64,000 bases of DNA. Source: Myxococcota bacterium (GTDB taxonomy: Bacteria > Myxococcota_A > UBA9160 > UBA4427). The notes beneath the pieces were generated by a model that was given only the letters and a program-made list of their open reading frames with translations, was not told where the DNA came from and searched no databases. A program made the position numbers and the translations under genes. Where the stretch lies: positions 1,920,001-1,984,000 of the forward strand of contig OZ252299.1 of NCBI GenBank assembly GCA_965250285.1. The letters are read 5' to 3'. Shown here piece after piece: positions 41,120 through 50,199 of this stretch (position 1 is the stretch's first letter; every line of letters begins with the position of its first letter).

Positions 41120-41151
41120 GCGCCGCCTCTCGGCGTCGCCGGAGTTCGCGA

Positions 41152-41628
41152 TTGTCGATTCAGGATCTCGGCAGCGTCGGTGAACTCGTCGCAGCGATCG
41201 CCACGATCGTGACGCTGGGTTATCTCGCGCTCCAGCTGCGCCAGAACACGCTCGCCGTCCGGGCCGGCAGCTCGATGTCGAACATGACCGAGAACAACGC
41301 GGTCACGGCGCTGATCGCCCAGGATCCCGACACCTGCGAGCTCTACTTCGCAGGCCTCGAAGGCACCCGCGATCTCGCGGACGAAGAGCGACGCCGCTTC
41401 GAGATGCTGGTCGCGATGTGGATGATGGTGCTGCAGCAGACGCGCGTCCTCGAGGCCGACGGCTTCTACGACCCCGACCTGGCCGAGGGGCGCCGGGCTC
41501 AGCTCGCCTGGATCACGCAGCAGCCCGGGTTTCGAACGTATTGGGACCGCTGGGGGCCGATGAACCCACCCGGCTTCAGAGGCGAGGTCGAAGCGTTGAT
41601 GGCGACCGCTTCGCGGCCGACCGACTGA
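41152..41628 (+). CDS. Hypothetical protein with N-terminal TM helix
   Basis: GGAG RBS plus TTG; IQDLGSVGELVAAIATIVTLGYLALQLRQNT...PGFRTYW. Confidence 0.65.
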   Translation: MSIQDLGSVGELVAAIATIVTLGYLALQLRQNTLAVRAGSSMSNMTENNAVTALIAQDPDTCELYFAGLEGTRDLADEERRRFEMLVAMWMMVLQQTRVLEADGFYDPDLAEGRRAQLAWITQQPGFRTYWDRWGPMNPPGFRGEVEALMATASRPTD

Positions 41629-42006
41629 CGGCGCCCCTTTCGCGCACCCCGACTTGTGATGTCGGGCGCTTCATTTTTTGCGACGACCTTCCGTTAAGCA
41701 GGTGGCCCGAGCGCGCTGAGACCGGCGCACGCGAGTCCGTCTCTCGCGCACGCCCAGTCGCGCGCGACCGAGCGACGATTTCGTAACACCGGCCGCAAAT
41801 TGGCGTCGGTTCGCTGACGATTCTCGTCCCCTCGCCCGAGTTGCCGCCAACCCGCGCGGCACCCCACAACCGCGCTCCGCAATTTTCGTCCGGCGCGTGG
41901 AACCGCGGTTTCCCTTTTGAAATCGCGAGGGTGGCTCCTTCTCGTCGGCGGTACGGCCGCACCTCCGACGCGATTCGCGCGCAGGCGAGAGCGCGCGCGC
42001 CCGGGT

Positions 42007-42022
42007 TGGCACGGACCCTGCT
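42007..42022 (+). promoter_or_regulatory. Sigma54 -24/-12 promoter of fliA
   Basis: TGGCACG-GACC-CTGCT with GG-N10-GC spacing, 103 bp before the ATG. Confidence 0.78.
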
Positions 42023-42124
42023 CTACCCAGCTGCGAGCGCGCCCGAGTCGGTCAGGGGGGATCGAGGAACGGCGCCCACAGAGGTCGTGAGCGGATGCGG
42101 AACGACGAGGAGAAAGAGGGGACG

Positions 42125-42889
42125 ATGGAAGCTCTGATGCAGGAAGCGCGCGAGGCACACGGTGAGATCCCGGCCGATCTGAAGGAACAGATCGTCCTCG
42201 AGCACAGCCCGCTGATTCGATACATCGTGAACCGGATCGCGGTTCGCCTGCCCTCTCACATCGACCTCGACGACCTGTACAACACCGGCGTGATCGGCCT
42301 GATGGACGCCATCGACAAGTTCGACAACGAGAAGAACTGCAAGTTCAAGACCTACGCGGAGTTCCGGATCAAGGGCGCGATCCTCGACCAGCTCCGCTCG
42401 CTCGACTGGGTGCCCCGCTCGGTGCGCCAGAAGAGCCGCAAGCTCGAGCGGGCCTACGGAGAGGTGGAGCAGCGCCTCGGTCGAAGCGCCACCGAAGAAG
42501 AGGTGGCCGACAGCCTCGGCCTCGAGATCGACAAGTTCCACGTCCTGCTCAACCAGGTGCGCGGCATCTCGCTGGTCAACCTCGAAGAGATTCGAGGCAA
42601 CGGCCAGGACGGCGACCGCACCGGCACCTTCGCCGACATCATCGAGGACGTGAACGCGGAGAACCCCTTCGCGTCGCTCAAGCTCCTCGAAACGAAGCAC
42701 GTCATCAGCGACACCATCGCGACGCTCCCCGAGAAGGAGCGCCTGGTGATCTCGCTCTACTACTACGAAGATCTCAACATGAAGGAGATCGGGAACATCC
42801 TCGGCATCACCGAGAGCCGCGTGTGTCAGATCCACACCAAGTCGGTGATGCGCCTTCGCTCGAAGCTGAAGGGGATGGTCGACCGCTGA
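42125..42889 (+). CDS. fliA: RNA polymerase sigma factor FliA/WhiG (sigma28)
   Basis: LPSHIDLDDL..GVIGLMDA, FKTYAEFRIKGAILDQLRSLDWVPRSVR, LYYYEDLNMKEIG..ITESRVCQIH. Confidence 0.95.
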   Translation: MEALMQEAREAHGEIPADLKEQIVLEHSPLIRYIVNRIAVRLPSHIDLDDLYNTGVIGLMDAIDKFDNEKNCKFKTYAEFRIKGAILDQLRSLDWVPRSVRQKSRKLERAYGEVEQRLGRSATEEEVADSLGLEIDKFHVLLNQVRGISLVNLEEIRGNGQDGDRTGTFADIIEDVNAENPFASLKLLETKHVISDTIATLPEKERLVISLYYYEDLNMKEIGNILGITESRVCQIHTKSVMRLRSKLKGMVDR

Positions 42890-42912
42890 TCGCGAACACG
42901 ACCGTGTTCGTT

Positions 42913-42958
42913 CGAGGCCCTCGCACCTCCTGGTCGGTGCGGGGGCTTCGCGTCTTCT
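42913..42958 (+). terminator. Hairpin between convergent fliA and PP2C
   Basis: CGAGGCCCTCGCACC / GGTGCGGGGGCTTCG stem (with G-U pairs) followed by CGTCTTCT. Confidence 0.6.
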
Positions 42959-42998
42959 GGGCTCGAAAACCGGGTGAAACGTCGCGGGCGGGCCGGAT

Positions 42999-43727
42999 TC
43001 AGCCCTTTTCGTAGCGAACGACCATGGTCGTCACGTTGTCGAAGCCGCCGCGATCGTTGGCCGCGGCGACGAGCTGCTCGCACGCCTGCTGCGGATCCTC
43101 TTCATCGAGCAGGAGGCCGGCGATCTCGGGATCCTCGAGATGGGTGGTCAAGCCGTCAGAGCACATCACGAAGGCGTCCCCTGGCTCGGGCGTCAGCTCG
43201 GCGAGGTCGGGCATCACGGTCGAGCGCACACCCAGGGCGCGCGTCAGCACGTGGCGATGCGGATGCTCGCGCGCCGCTTCTTCGCTGATCTGCTGCCGAC
43301 GCAGCATCTCACCGACGACCGAGTGATCCTGGGTGAGGCAGCGAATGCGGCCGCCACGAACCAGGTAGGCACGGCTGTCGCCGACGTGACCCAGGGCCAC
43401 GCGCTCCTCCGTGACGAGCAGCGACACCATGGTCGTGCCCATCCCCTCGAGCGAGGCGTCGCGGTTCGCGGCGGTGAAGATCTCGCGGTTCGAGCAGGCG
43501 AAGGCCTGTCGCAGCTTCTCGGCCAGCGGGACGGTTGCGCCCTGGAGCGTATCGACGGCGCGAATCGCAGCCTCGGCGGCCATCTCGCTGGCCACCTGCC
43601 CCGCGCGGTGCCCGCCCATTCCGTCCGCGACCAGATACAGGCCCAGCTGGGGCGCCATCGCGTAGCGATCCTCGTTGGCCTGACGGCGGCGGCCCACGTC
43701 GGTGCTCGCTGCGGCGCGGAGAATCAA
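42999..43727 (-). CDS. PP2C-family Ser/Thr phosphatase (Stp1-like)
   Basis: RQANED, VADGMGGH, MGTT, HVGDSR, CSDGL, GGFDN. Confidence 0.95.
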   Translation of the reverse strand: MILRAAASTDVGRRRQANEDRYAMAPQLGLYLVADGMGGHRAGQVASEMAAEAAIRAVDTLQGATVPLAEKLRQAFACSNREIFTAANRDASLEGMGTTMVSLLVTEERVALGHVGDSRAYLVRGGRIRCLTQDHSVVGEMLRRQQISEEAAREHPHRHVLTRALGVRSTVMPDLAELTPEPGDAFVMCSDGLTTHLEDPEIAGLLLDEEDPQQACEQLVAAANDRGGFDNVTTMVVRYEKG

Positions 43728-43791
43728 GGCGAGGGGTCCCTTTCAGCACGCGACGGACGCGTGCGACCGACCGCAGCGCGGCCTCCCTACC

Positions 43792-43819
43792 CCATCGGTG
43801 CATGAGCCCCACAGCTTGA
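43792..43819 (-). promoter_or_regulatory. Sigma28-type promoter for PP2C
   Basis: Minus strand TCAA-N16-ACCGATGG. Confidence 0.65.
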
Positions 43820-43865
43820 CCCCGTCGTGGCGACCGGTCGGCCCCGATGCAGCGCGAAAAACCAT

Positions 43866-43893
43866 TCAATCTCGGCAACTCCGGGGCCGATGA
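43866..43893 (+). promoter_or_regulatory. Sigma28-type promoter for romR
   Basis: TCAA-N16-GCCGATGA, 69 bp before ATG 43963. Confidence 0.75.
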
Positions 43894-43962
43894 TACGCAC
43901 CAGAGGTACGCTTGTGCGGGTGCGGGGGTTCGCGCCCGCCGCGCGCCATCCGGGGGGATCCA

Positions 43963-45813
43963 ATGCCGAAGACGCTCTTGCTCGCCGACGACAGCGTCGT
44001 CATCCAGAAGCTCGTCGGGCTCAGCTTCGCCAACGAGGACGTCGAGCTGACGACCACGGACAATGGCGACGACGCCATCACCAAGGCCCGCGAGCTGAAG
44101 CCCGACCTCGTCCTTGCCGACGTCGTGATGCCCGGCAAGAACGGCTACGAGGTGTGCGAGACGATCAAGGCCGATCCCCAGCTCGCGCACGTCCCCGTGC
44201 TGCTGCTGACCGGCACCTTCGAAGCGTTCGACGAGAATCGCGCGCGGAGCGCCGGCAGCGACGGCCACATCACGAAGCCGTTCGAGGCCCAGGCGCTCGT
44301 CGACCGCGTGAACGAGCTGCTGGCCCAGGCCCCGGCGGCCCCGCAGCTCGCAACGACCACCCCGACGCTCGACGGCCCGGCCGTGACGCGCATCGCCGAC
44401 ATGCCGCCGGCCGAGAACGACGATTCGTTCGACTTCTTCGAGGATGCTTCCGATCCGCTCGCCCAGGTCGACGCCTCGGGCGAGGTGGCCTCGCCCCCGC
44501 CGCTTCCGGCATCGCCCTCGCCGCTCGAGCCGGCCGCACCCGTCGCGACGCCGGCAGCCGACGCCGGGGCGCCGTCCGCTGCGGCCAGCGTTCTGCCGCC
44601 GCTCTCGGGGGCCGACGACGCCGCGTTGATGCCCGATTCTCCGGCCGCCGCCACACCGCCGATCGACGATCTGGCCTTCGACGCGGATGACCTGACGCCG
44701 CCCGATCCCGCTGCGACGACGGTGCACCTGACCGACGAGGCCGAGCCGGCGTCGGCCGCCGGTGCCGCGCCGACGCGCGACGACGACCTGCTGCTCGGCG
44801 ACGAGGCGGCGACCTGGAACGACGATCTCGAGATCGGCCCGGAGCCGATCCGATCGCCGGCCGGCGACGCCACGCAGCTCTCCGACGATCTGTTCCCCGA
44901 TCCGCCGGCAGCGGCGGCGGCCCCCGTCGATCTCGACGCGGCGATCGCTGAGGACACCGGCGCGAGCGCGCCGGCCTCGGCGCTGGTCAGTGATGGCGAC
45001 CGGTCGAGCGACGCAATCGCATTCGGCGAAGCGTCCGCGCCCGCAGCGCCCGATCCGATGAAGACCATGCTGGCCGACGATCTGTTCAGCGATGCCGAGC
45101 CCGCCGCGCCCGAGACGCCCGCGGCAACGCCCGCCGACCTCGACCTCGACCCGACCTCGGCCCCGGCCGAGAACGTCGCGAGCGACTTCGAGGTGTCGTC
45201 CTCGGACCTCGAGACCAGCATCCCCGCCATGCCGCCGCTCGAGACCGACGCGACCGCCGACGAGCCGTTCTCGCCGCCGACACCGCCCACCCGCACTGAG
45301 CCGAGTGCTTCTGCGCCGCCCGAGCCGGTCACCTCGCCGAAGCCCGAACCGATCGAGATCGAGACGAGCACCGACACGACCGACGATTTCCAGATCTCCG
45401 ACGGTCTGCTCGCAGGCGCTCCGCCGGCGCACGAGCCGACCGACTCGAGCTCGGCGCTCGACGCCGCGCCGGAGGCGCTTGGCACCCCGCAGCAGGCGCT
45501 CGACGCCACGCCGCAGGCGATTGACACCCCGCCGGAGGCGCTTGACGCGACGCCGCAGGCGCTCGACGCCACGCCGCAGGCGCTCACTCCGGCTCCGCCC
45601 GACCTCGGCCCCGATCTGACGCCGATCATGCGCGAGCGTGTGCACGAGACGCTCGAGCGCGTGGCTTGGGAGGCCTTTGCCGACCTCTCCGACACGATCG
45701 TCAAGCAGGTCGTCGAGAAGGTCGAGCAGGTCGCGTGGGAGGTGATCCCGCAGATGGCCGAAGCAGCGATCAAGGAAGAGATCCGCCGCATGAAGGGCGA
45801 GAACGACGAGTAG
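43963..45813 (+). CDS. romR: RomR-like polarity response regulator
   Basis: N-terminal REC (LLADDS, LADVVMPG, KPF), ~440-aa Pro/Ala/Asp-rich linker, C-terminal EQVAWEVIPQMAEAAIKEEI motif typical of RomR. Confidence 0.8.
   Translation: MPKTLLLADDSVVIQKLVGLSFANEDVELTTTDNGDDAITKARELKPDLVLADVVMPGKNGYEVCETIKADPQLAHVPVLLLTGTFEAFDENRARSAGSDGHITKPFEAQALVDRVNELLAQAPAAPQLATTTPTLDGPAVTRIADMPPAENDDSFDFFEDASDPLAQVDASGEVASPPPLPASPSPLEPAAPVATPAADAGAPSAAASVLPPLSGADDAALMPDSPAAATPPIDDLAFDADDLTPPDPAATTVHLTDEAEPASAAGAAPTRDDDLLLGDEAATWNDDLEIGPEPIRSPAGDATQLSDDLFPDPPAAAAAPVDLDAAIAEDTGASAPASALVSDGDRSSDAIAFGEASAPAAPDPMKTMLADDLFSDAEPAAPETPAATPADLDLDPTSAPAENVASDFEVSSSDLETSIPAMPPLETDATADEPFSPPTPPTRTEPSASAPPEPVTSPKPEPIEIETSTDTTDDFQISDGLLAGAPPAHEPTDSSSALDAAPEALGTPQQALDATPQAIDTPPEALDATPQALDATPQALTPAPPDLGPDLTPIMRERVHETLERVAWEAFADLSDTIVKQVVEKVEQVAWEVIPQMAEAAIKEEIRRMKGENDE
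45454..45585 (+). repeat. 21-bp coding tandem repeat x6 (ALDATPQ-like) in the RomR linker
   Basis: GCGCTCGACGCCACGCCGCAG and variants. Confidence 0.9.
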
Positions 45814-45915
45814 CGCCCCAGGGCCGCCGCGCCGCGCCGCCCGGACGCCGGTGCGTCGGCCTGCGCTTCGGTGCGCCGTGGTAGACTCCGCGCCTTTCCC
45901 GAGCGGAGTCGCCCC

Positions 45916-46806
45916 ATGGCCCGAGACGGCCAAGCCGGAATCGAAATCAGCACGCCCCCCGACCCGTCGGGCTTCGACGCGCTCGTCGACCGGGCGATCG
46001 CCGAGGATCTGGGTCCGGGCGACCTGACGAGCGAGCTGACGATCCCCGCCGATGCACGTTGTCAGGCGCGCATCGAGGCGCGGGCGCCGATCGTGACGTG
46101 CGGACTGTTCCTCGCGCGCGCCGTCTTCGACCGTGTCTCGCCCGAGGTCGAGTTCAAGGCGCGCGCACGCGAAGGCGAAGCCGCCGCCCCGGGTCGACGG
46201 CTCGCCGACCTCGAGGGACCGGCGCGCGCGATCCTCGCCGCCGAGCGCACTGCACTCAACTTTCTCGGTCGACTCTCGGGCGTGGCGACGCTGACGCGCC
46301 GCTACGTCGATGCGGTCGACGGCACCGGCACCGACATCGTCGACACGCGCAAGACGATCCCGGGCTGGCGCGTGCTCGACAAGTTCGCCGTGCTGTGTGG
46401 CGGGGGCGTCAACCATCGGCAGGCCCTCTTCGACGGGATCCTGCTCAAGGACAATCACATCGCGGCGGCGGGCGGGGTCGGGTCGGCCGTACGGGCAGCG
46501 ATCGAAGGCGCGCCCACCGACATCCGCGTTCAGGTCGAGGTGGAGAGCCTCGATCAAGCCCTGGAGGCCTGCGAGGCCGGCGCCGACTTCCTGCTGCTCG
46601 ACAACTGCAGCCCGGCTGAGATCGTGGCGATGCGCGAGGCCCTCGCGGGCCGTGCCCTGCTCGAAGCCAGCGGCGGCATCAACCTCGAGAACGTGCGGGC
46701 GTATGCGAAGACCGGCGTCGACCGCATCTCGATCGGCGCCCTCACCCACTCGGCCCCCTGTGCCGACGTCGCGCTCGAGATCGATGCCGTGATCGAGGCG
46801 CCGTGA
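45916..46806 (+). CDS. nadC: Quinolinate phosphoribosyltransferase
   Basis: AERTALN, DTRKT, NHR, LKDNH, EVE, LLDN, EASGG. Confidence 0.96.
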   Translation: MARDGQAGIEISTPPDPSGFDALVDRAIAEDLGPGDLTSELTIPADARCQARIEARAPIVTCGLFLARAVFDRVSPEVEFKARAREGEAAAPGRRLADLEGPARAILAAERTALNFLGRLSGVATLTRRYVDAVDGTGTDIVDTRKTIPGWRVLDKFAVLCGGGVNHRQALFDGILLKDNHIAAAGGVGSAVRAAIEGAPTDIRVQVEVESLDQALEACEAGADFLLLDNCSPAEIVAMREALAGRALLEASGGINLENVRAYAKTGVDRISIGALTHSAPCADVALEIDAVIEAP

Positions 46807-47819
46807 GCGAAGGCGCAAGGCAGGTATTGGCGGCGCTGCGGTCGGCGGCCGGCGAAGCGCGCTCGGGCGAAGCGCTGTCGAGCGAGCTCGGCGTGTCACG
46901 AGCCCAGATCTGGAAGCACGTGAGCGCGCTGCGCCGACGCGGCTATGAGATCGGGGGCGAGCCCGGGGGCGGCTATCGCCTCGAATCGGTCCCCGATCGG
47001 CTGTATCCAGAAGAGCTCGGGGTCGGGCGTACAGGCCGCTGGCTCGGGGCCGACATCGAGCATCTCGACGAGACCGACTCGACGAACCGCGTGGCGATGG
47101 AGCGCGGGCGCGCCGGCGCGGCCCACGGCTTCGCAGTGGTCGCCGAAGGCCAGACGGCGGGCCGGGGCCGGCTCGGCCGCAGCTTCTATTCGCCGCCGAA
47201 CCTGAACCTCTACACGTCGGTCGTGCTGCGCCCCGACCTGCTCGTGCCGGACGCGTCGAGCCTGATCCTGGTCGCCGGCGTCGCGGTCGCCGACGCCATC
47301 GCCCAGACGATCGGCGACGACGACGCCGTCTCGATCAAATGGCCCAACGACGTTCAGCTCGAGGGTCTCAAGACATCCGGCATCCTGCTCGAGCTCGCTG
47401 CCGAAGAGACTCGGGTGGACTTCGTGGTCATGGGCATCGGCGTCAACCTGAACGTCGAACGCGACGTGTTTCCGGACGAGTTCCGGCACCTCGCCACGAG
47501 CCTGCGCTCGCACACCGGCGACACCGTCGACCGGGCGGCCTTCACCCGCCGTCTCTTCGACACGCTCGAGGATGCGCTCGAGACCCACGAACAGGGCGGC
47601 TTCGACGCCCTGCGCCCCCGCTTCGACCGCCGATTTCGCATGCCCGGCCAGCGCGTCGAGGTGCGGGGGGTCGGCACCCGCGACGGCGAGGTGACGGCCG
47701 GCGTCGTGCGCGGCCTCGCCGACGACGGCGCGCTCGAGCTCGAAGACGAAGCCGGCCGGCTCACGCGCGTGCTCGCGGGCGACGTGACGGTGGTGAAACC
47801 CGACGAGGCCGAGGCGTGA
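46803..47819 (+). CDS. birA: Bifunctional biotin ligase/repressor
   Basis: N-terminal HTH, DSTN, QTAGRGRLGR, KWPND, GIGVN. Confidence 0.95.
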   Translation: MSEGARQVLAALRSAAGEARSGEALSSELGVSRAQIWKHVSALRRRGYEIGGEPGGGYRLESVPDRLYPEELGVGRTGRWLGADIEHLDETDSTNRVAMERGRAGAAHGFAVVAEGQTAGRGRLGRSFYSPPNLNLYTSVVLRPDLLVPDASSLILVAGVAVADAIAQTIGDDDAVSIKWPNDVQLEGLKTSGILLELAAEETRVDFVVMGIGVNLNVERDVFPDEFRHLATSLRSHTGDTVDRAAFTRRLFDTLEDALETHEQGGFDALRPRFDRRFRMPGQRVEVRGVGTRDGEVTAGVVRGLADDGALELEDEAGRLTRVLAGDVTVVKPDEAEA

Positions 47820-48064
47820 GGGGCGCCCGCCGCGAAGCGCGCGAAAGCGGGCGGCCCCGATGACGCGCCCGCCTCACGTCTCGCGCAGGCGCGGTACGCT
47901 CCCGATGGGCGGTCGAGCACGCGAGCGAACCGGCGCCGCGCAGCGACCCCGCCCAGGCATCGCCCGACACCGAGACCGGCCTCGCGCGGCCGCGCAGCCC
48001 ACGGCGGCGCGGGCGTCGCCGCCGGCCTTCGCCTGATCTCCGTCCCGCCCGAAAGGCCCTTCGC

Positions 48065-48853
48065 GTGAGCGACCCGACGCTGCTCGTTATCGATATCGGC
48101 AACACCAACGTGACGCTCGGCGTCTTCGACTACGAGGGAGAGGAGGTCGACCTCTCGCATCACTGGCGCGTCTCGACCCACCGCGAGCAGACGTCCGACG
48201 AGCTGTCGATCACGCTTCACGCCCTGTTCGACCACGAGGATCGGTCGGTCGCGGACGTGACCGACATCATCGTGTCGAGCGTGGTCCCGCCCGTCGTGCC
48301 GGTCTGGGAGCGCGTCTGCACCAAGCTCTTCGGCAAGCCGCCGCAGGTCGTCGGCCCGGGGATGCGCACCGGGATGCCCGTCCGGTACGAGAACCCCCAC
48401 GAGGTCGGCGCAGACCGCATCGTGAACTCGGTGGCGGCCTTCGAGCTCTACGGCGGTCCGATCATCGCCGTCGACTTCGGCACGGCCACGACGTTCGATT
48501 GTGTCTCAGAGAAGGGTGAGTACCTGGGCGGGGTGATCTGCCCGGGGATCCACATCTCGATGGAGGCCCTCTTCGAGCGCGCTTCGAAGCTGCACCGGGT
48601 CGAGATCGCCCGTCCCAAGAGCGTGATCGGCAAGACGACGACGGGCGCGCTGCAGAGCGGACTGCTCTACGGCTACGCCGGGCTCGTCGACGCGATGGTC
48701 GAGCGGATCCGCCCCGAGATCGGCGGCGACGCCAAGGTGATCGCCACCGGCGGGCTGGCCCGCCGCATCGCGAACGAGACCTCTTCGATCGAGAACGTGG
48801 CGCCGTTCCTGACGCTCGAGGGGCTGCGGATCCTCTTCGAGAAGAACCGCTAG
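48065..48853 (+). CDS. coaX: Type III pantothenate kinase
   Basis: IDIGNT, VGADR, VDFGTATT, ATGG. Confidence 0.96.
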   Translation: MSDPTLLVIDIGNTNVTLGVFDYEGEEVDLSHHWRVSTHREQTSDELSITLHALFDHEDRSVADVTDIIVSSVVPPVVPVWERVCTKLFGKPPQVVGPGMRTGMPVRYENPHEVGADRIVNSVAAFELYGGPIIAVDFGTATTFDCVSEKGEYLGGVICPGIHISMEALFERASKLHRVEIARPKSVIGKTTTGALQSGLLYGYAGLVDAMVERIRPEIGGDAKVIATGGLARRIANETSSIENVAPFLTLEGLRILFEKNR

Positions 48854-48958
48854 CCGCCGCGCGGTCGGCGGGCGCCCCACGGCCTCTCCCCGCGCACAGA
48901 GCCGCTCAGGGCCGCTCAGGGCCACCTCGTGCCGCTTCGCGAGCGCGCAACTTCCGTC

Positions 48959-48986
48959 TCAATCTCATGCCCGTTTCGGCCGATGT
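48959..48986 (+). promoter_or_regulatory. Sigma28-type promoter for the hypothetical-mglA-like-GAF operon
   Basis: TCAA-N16-GCCGATGT, 61 bp before GTG 49048. Confidence 0.72.
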
Positions 48987-49047
48987 GCCAATCGGAGGCG
49001 TGCCCTTCGCGCCTCACCGCACCCATCCGCCAGGAGCGCAGCCCGAC

Positions 49048-50115
49048 GTGTCCGAAGAGGCCCCCAAGACTCGCGTCAAGCTCACCCTCTCGCCCCAGGC
49101 TGAGAAGTACGCCCGACGCGACGCCCCGATCGAGGCCCGGCGGATGGCTGCACGCGGTGCCCTGCCCCTCGAGCCGATCGATCTGGCCACCGTGCTCTTC
49201 GCTCTCTCCCACGACGCCGACGCCGAGGTCAAGTCGACGGCGCGTGCGAGCCTCGACAACCTACCCGAGCACGTCCTCGAGCCCGTGCTCGTCGGTCCGT
49301 CGCATCCCCTGCTGCTCTCGTACCTCGCGCGCGTCCACCGCGAGAACGAGGGGCACTGCGAGAAGCTCGCGCTCAATGCGGCGACCGACGATGCGACGAT
49401 CGCGTTCCTCGCCAGCCTGCCGCTGCGCCGGGTGGTCGACGTCGTGAGCAACAACCAGCAGCGGATGCTGCGCTGCGAAGAGATCGTCGATGCCCTCGGC
49501 GCCAATCCGCTCACGGGTCGCGCCGTCATCGAGCGCATCCTCACGTTCCTCGGGCTCGATCACGAGGACGAAGACGAGGCGAGCGAGGAAGTACTGAGCG
49601 CAGAGGCGGCCGAGCAGGCCGTCCTCGCGTTCCTCGGCGACGAGAACCCCGAGATTGCGAAGCTCCTCGCCAGCGAAGACGAGCTCGACGACGAAGCGCT
49701 CGAGGGCAACCTGTTCGCTGCGGTCCAGAAGATGAGCGTGATGCAGAAGATCAAGCTCGCACGCGTGGGCGGCAAGGAGGCGCGCTCGCTGCTCATCAAG
49801 GATCGGAACAAGATCGTCGCGACGTCGGTGCTCGGCAGCCCGAAGATCACCGAGACCGAGATCGTCGCCATCGCCAACTCGCGCGGCGTGAGCGACGAGA
49901 TCCTGCGGCTGATCAGCTTCAATCGCGATTGGACCAAGAGCTATCAGATCAAGCTGGCCCTGGTGATGAACCCCAAGACCCCGACGCCCCAGGCCGTCAA
50001 GTTCATCAACTACCTCCAGGACAAAGAGCTGCGTTCGCTGATGAAGAGCAAGGACGTCTCGACGCAGATCTCCACCCACGCCCGGCGAATCCTGCAGAAA
50101 AAGGGCAAGATCTAG
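49048..50115 (+). CDS. Alpha-helical (HEAT-like) hypothetical protein
   Basis: AGGAG RBS; MAARGALPL, KIKLA..GGKEARSLLIKD, ALVMNPKTP; strong coding bias. Confidence 0.8.
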   Translation: MSEEAPKTRVKLTLSPQAEKYARRDAPIEARRMAARGALPLEPIDLATVLFALSHDADAEVKSTARASLDNLPEHVLEPVLVGPSHPLLLSYLARVHRENEGHCEKLALNAATDDATIAFLASLPLRRVVDVVSNNQQRMLRCEEIVDALGANPLTGRAVIERILTFLGLDHEDEDEASEEVLSAEAAEQAVLAFLGDENPEIAKLLASEDELDDEALEGNLFAAVQKMSVMQKIKLARVGGKEARSLLIKDRNKIVATSVLGSPKITETEIVAIANSRGVSDEILRLISFNRDWTKSYQIKLALVMNPKTPTPQAVKFINYLQDKELRSLMKSKDVSTQISTHARRILQKKGKI

Positions 50116-50199
50116 CGGACGCTGGCTCGGGGGGTGCCGCGCACGACGTGCCGCACCCCGCCCGGGTCGACTGCAGATCGACGCAGGGGGGAAATCGGG

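Noticed and set aside
43309..46899. 1196-aa minus-strand ORF and other long overlapping ORFs (e.g. 37497-39908, 32356-34716, 49261-51591)
   Set aside because: Antisense shadows of well-supported genes in high-GC DNA, with no motifs
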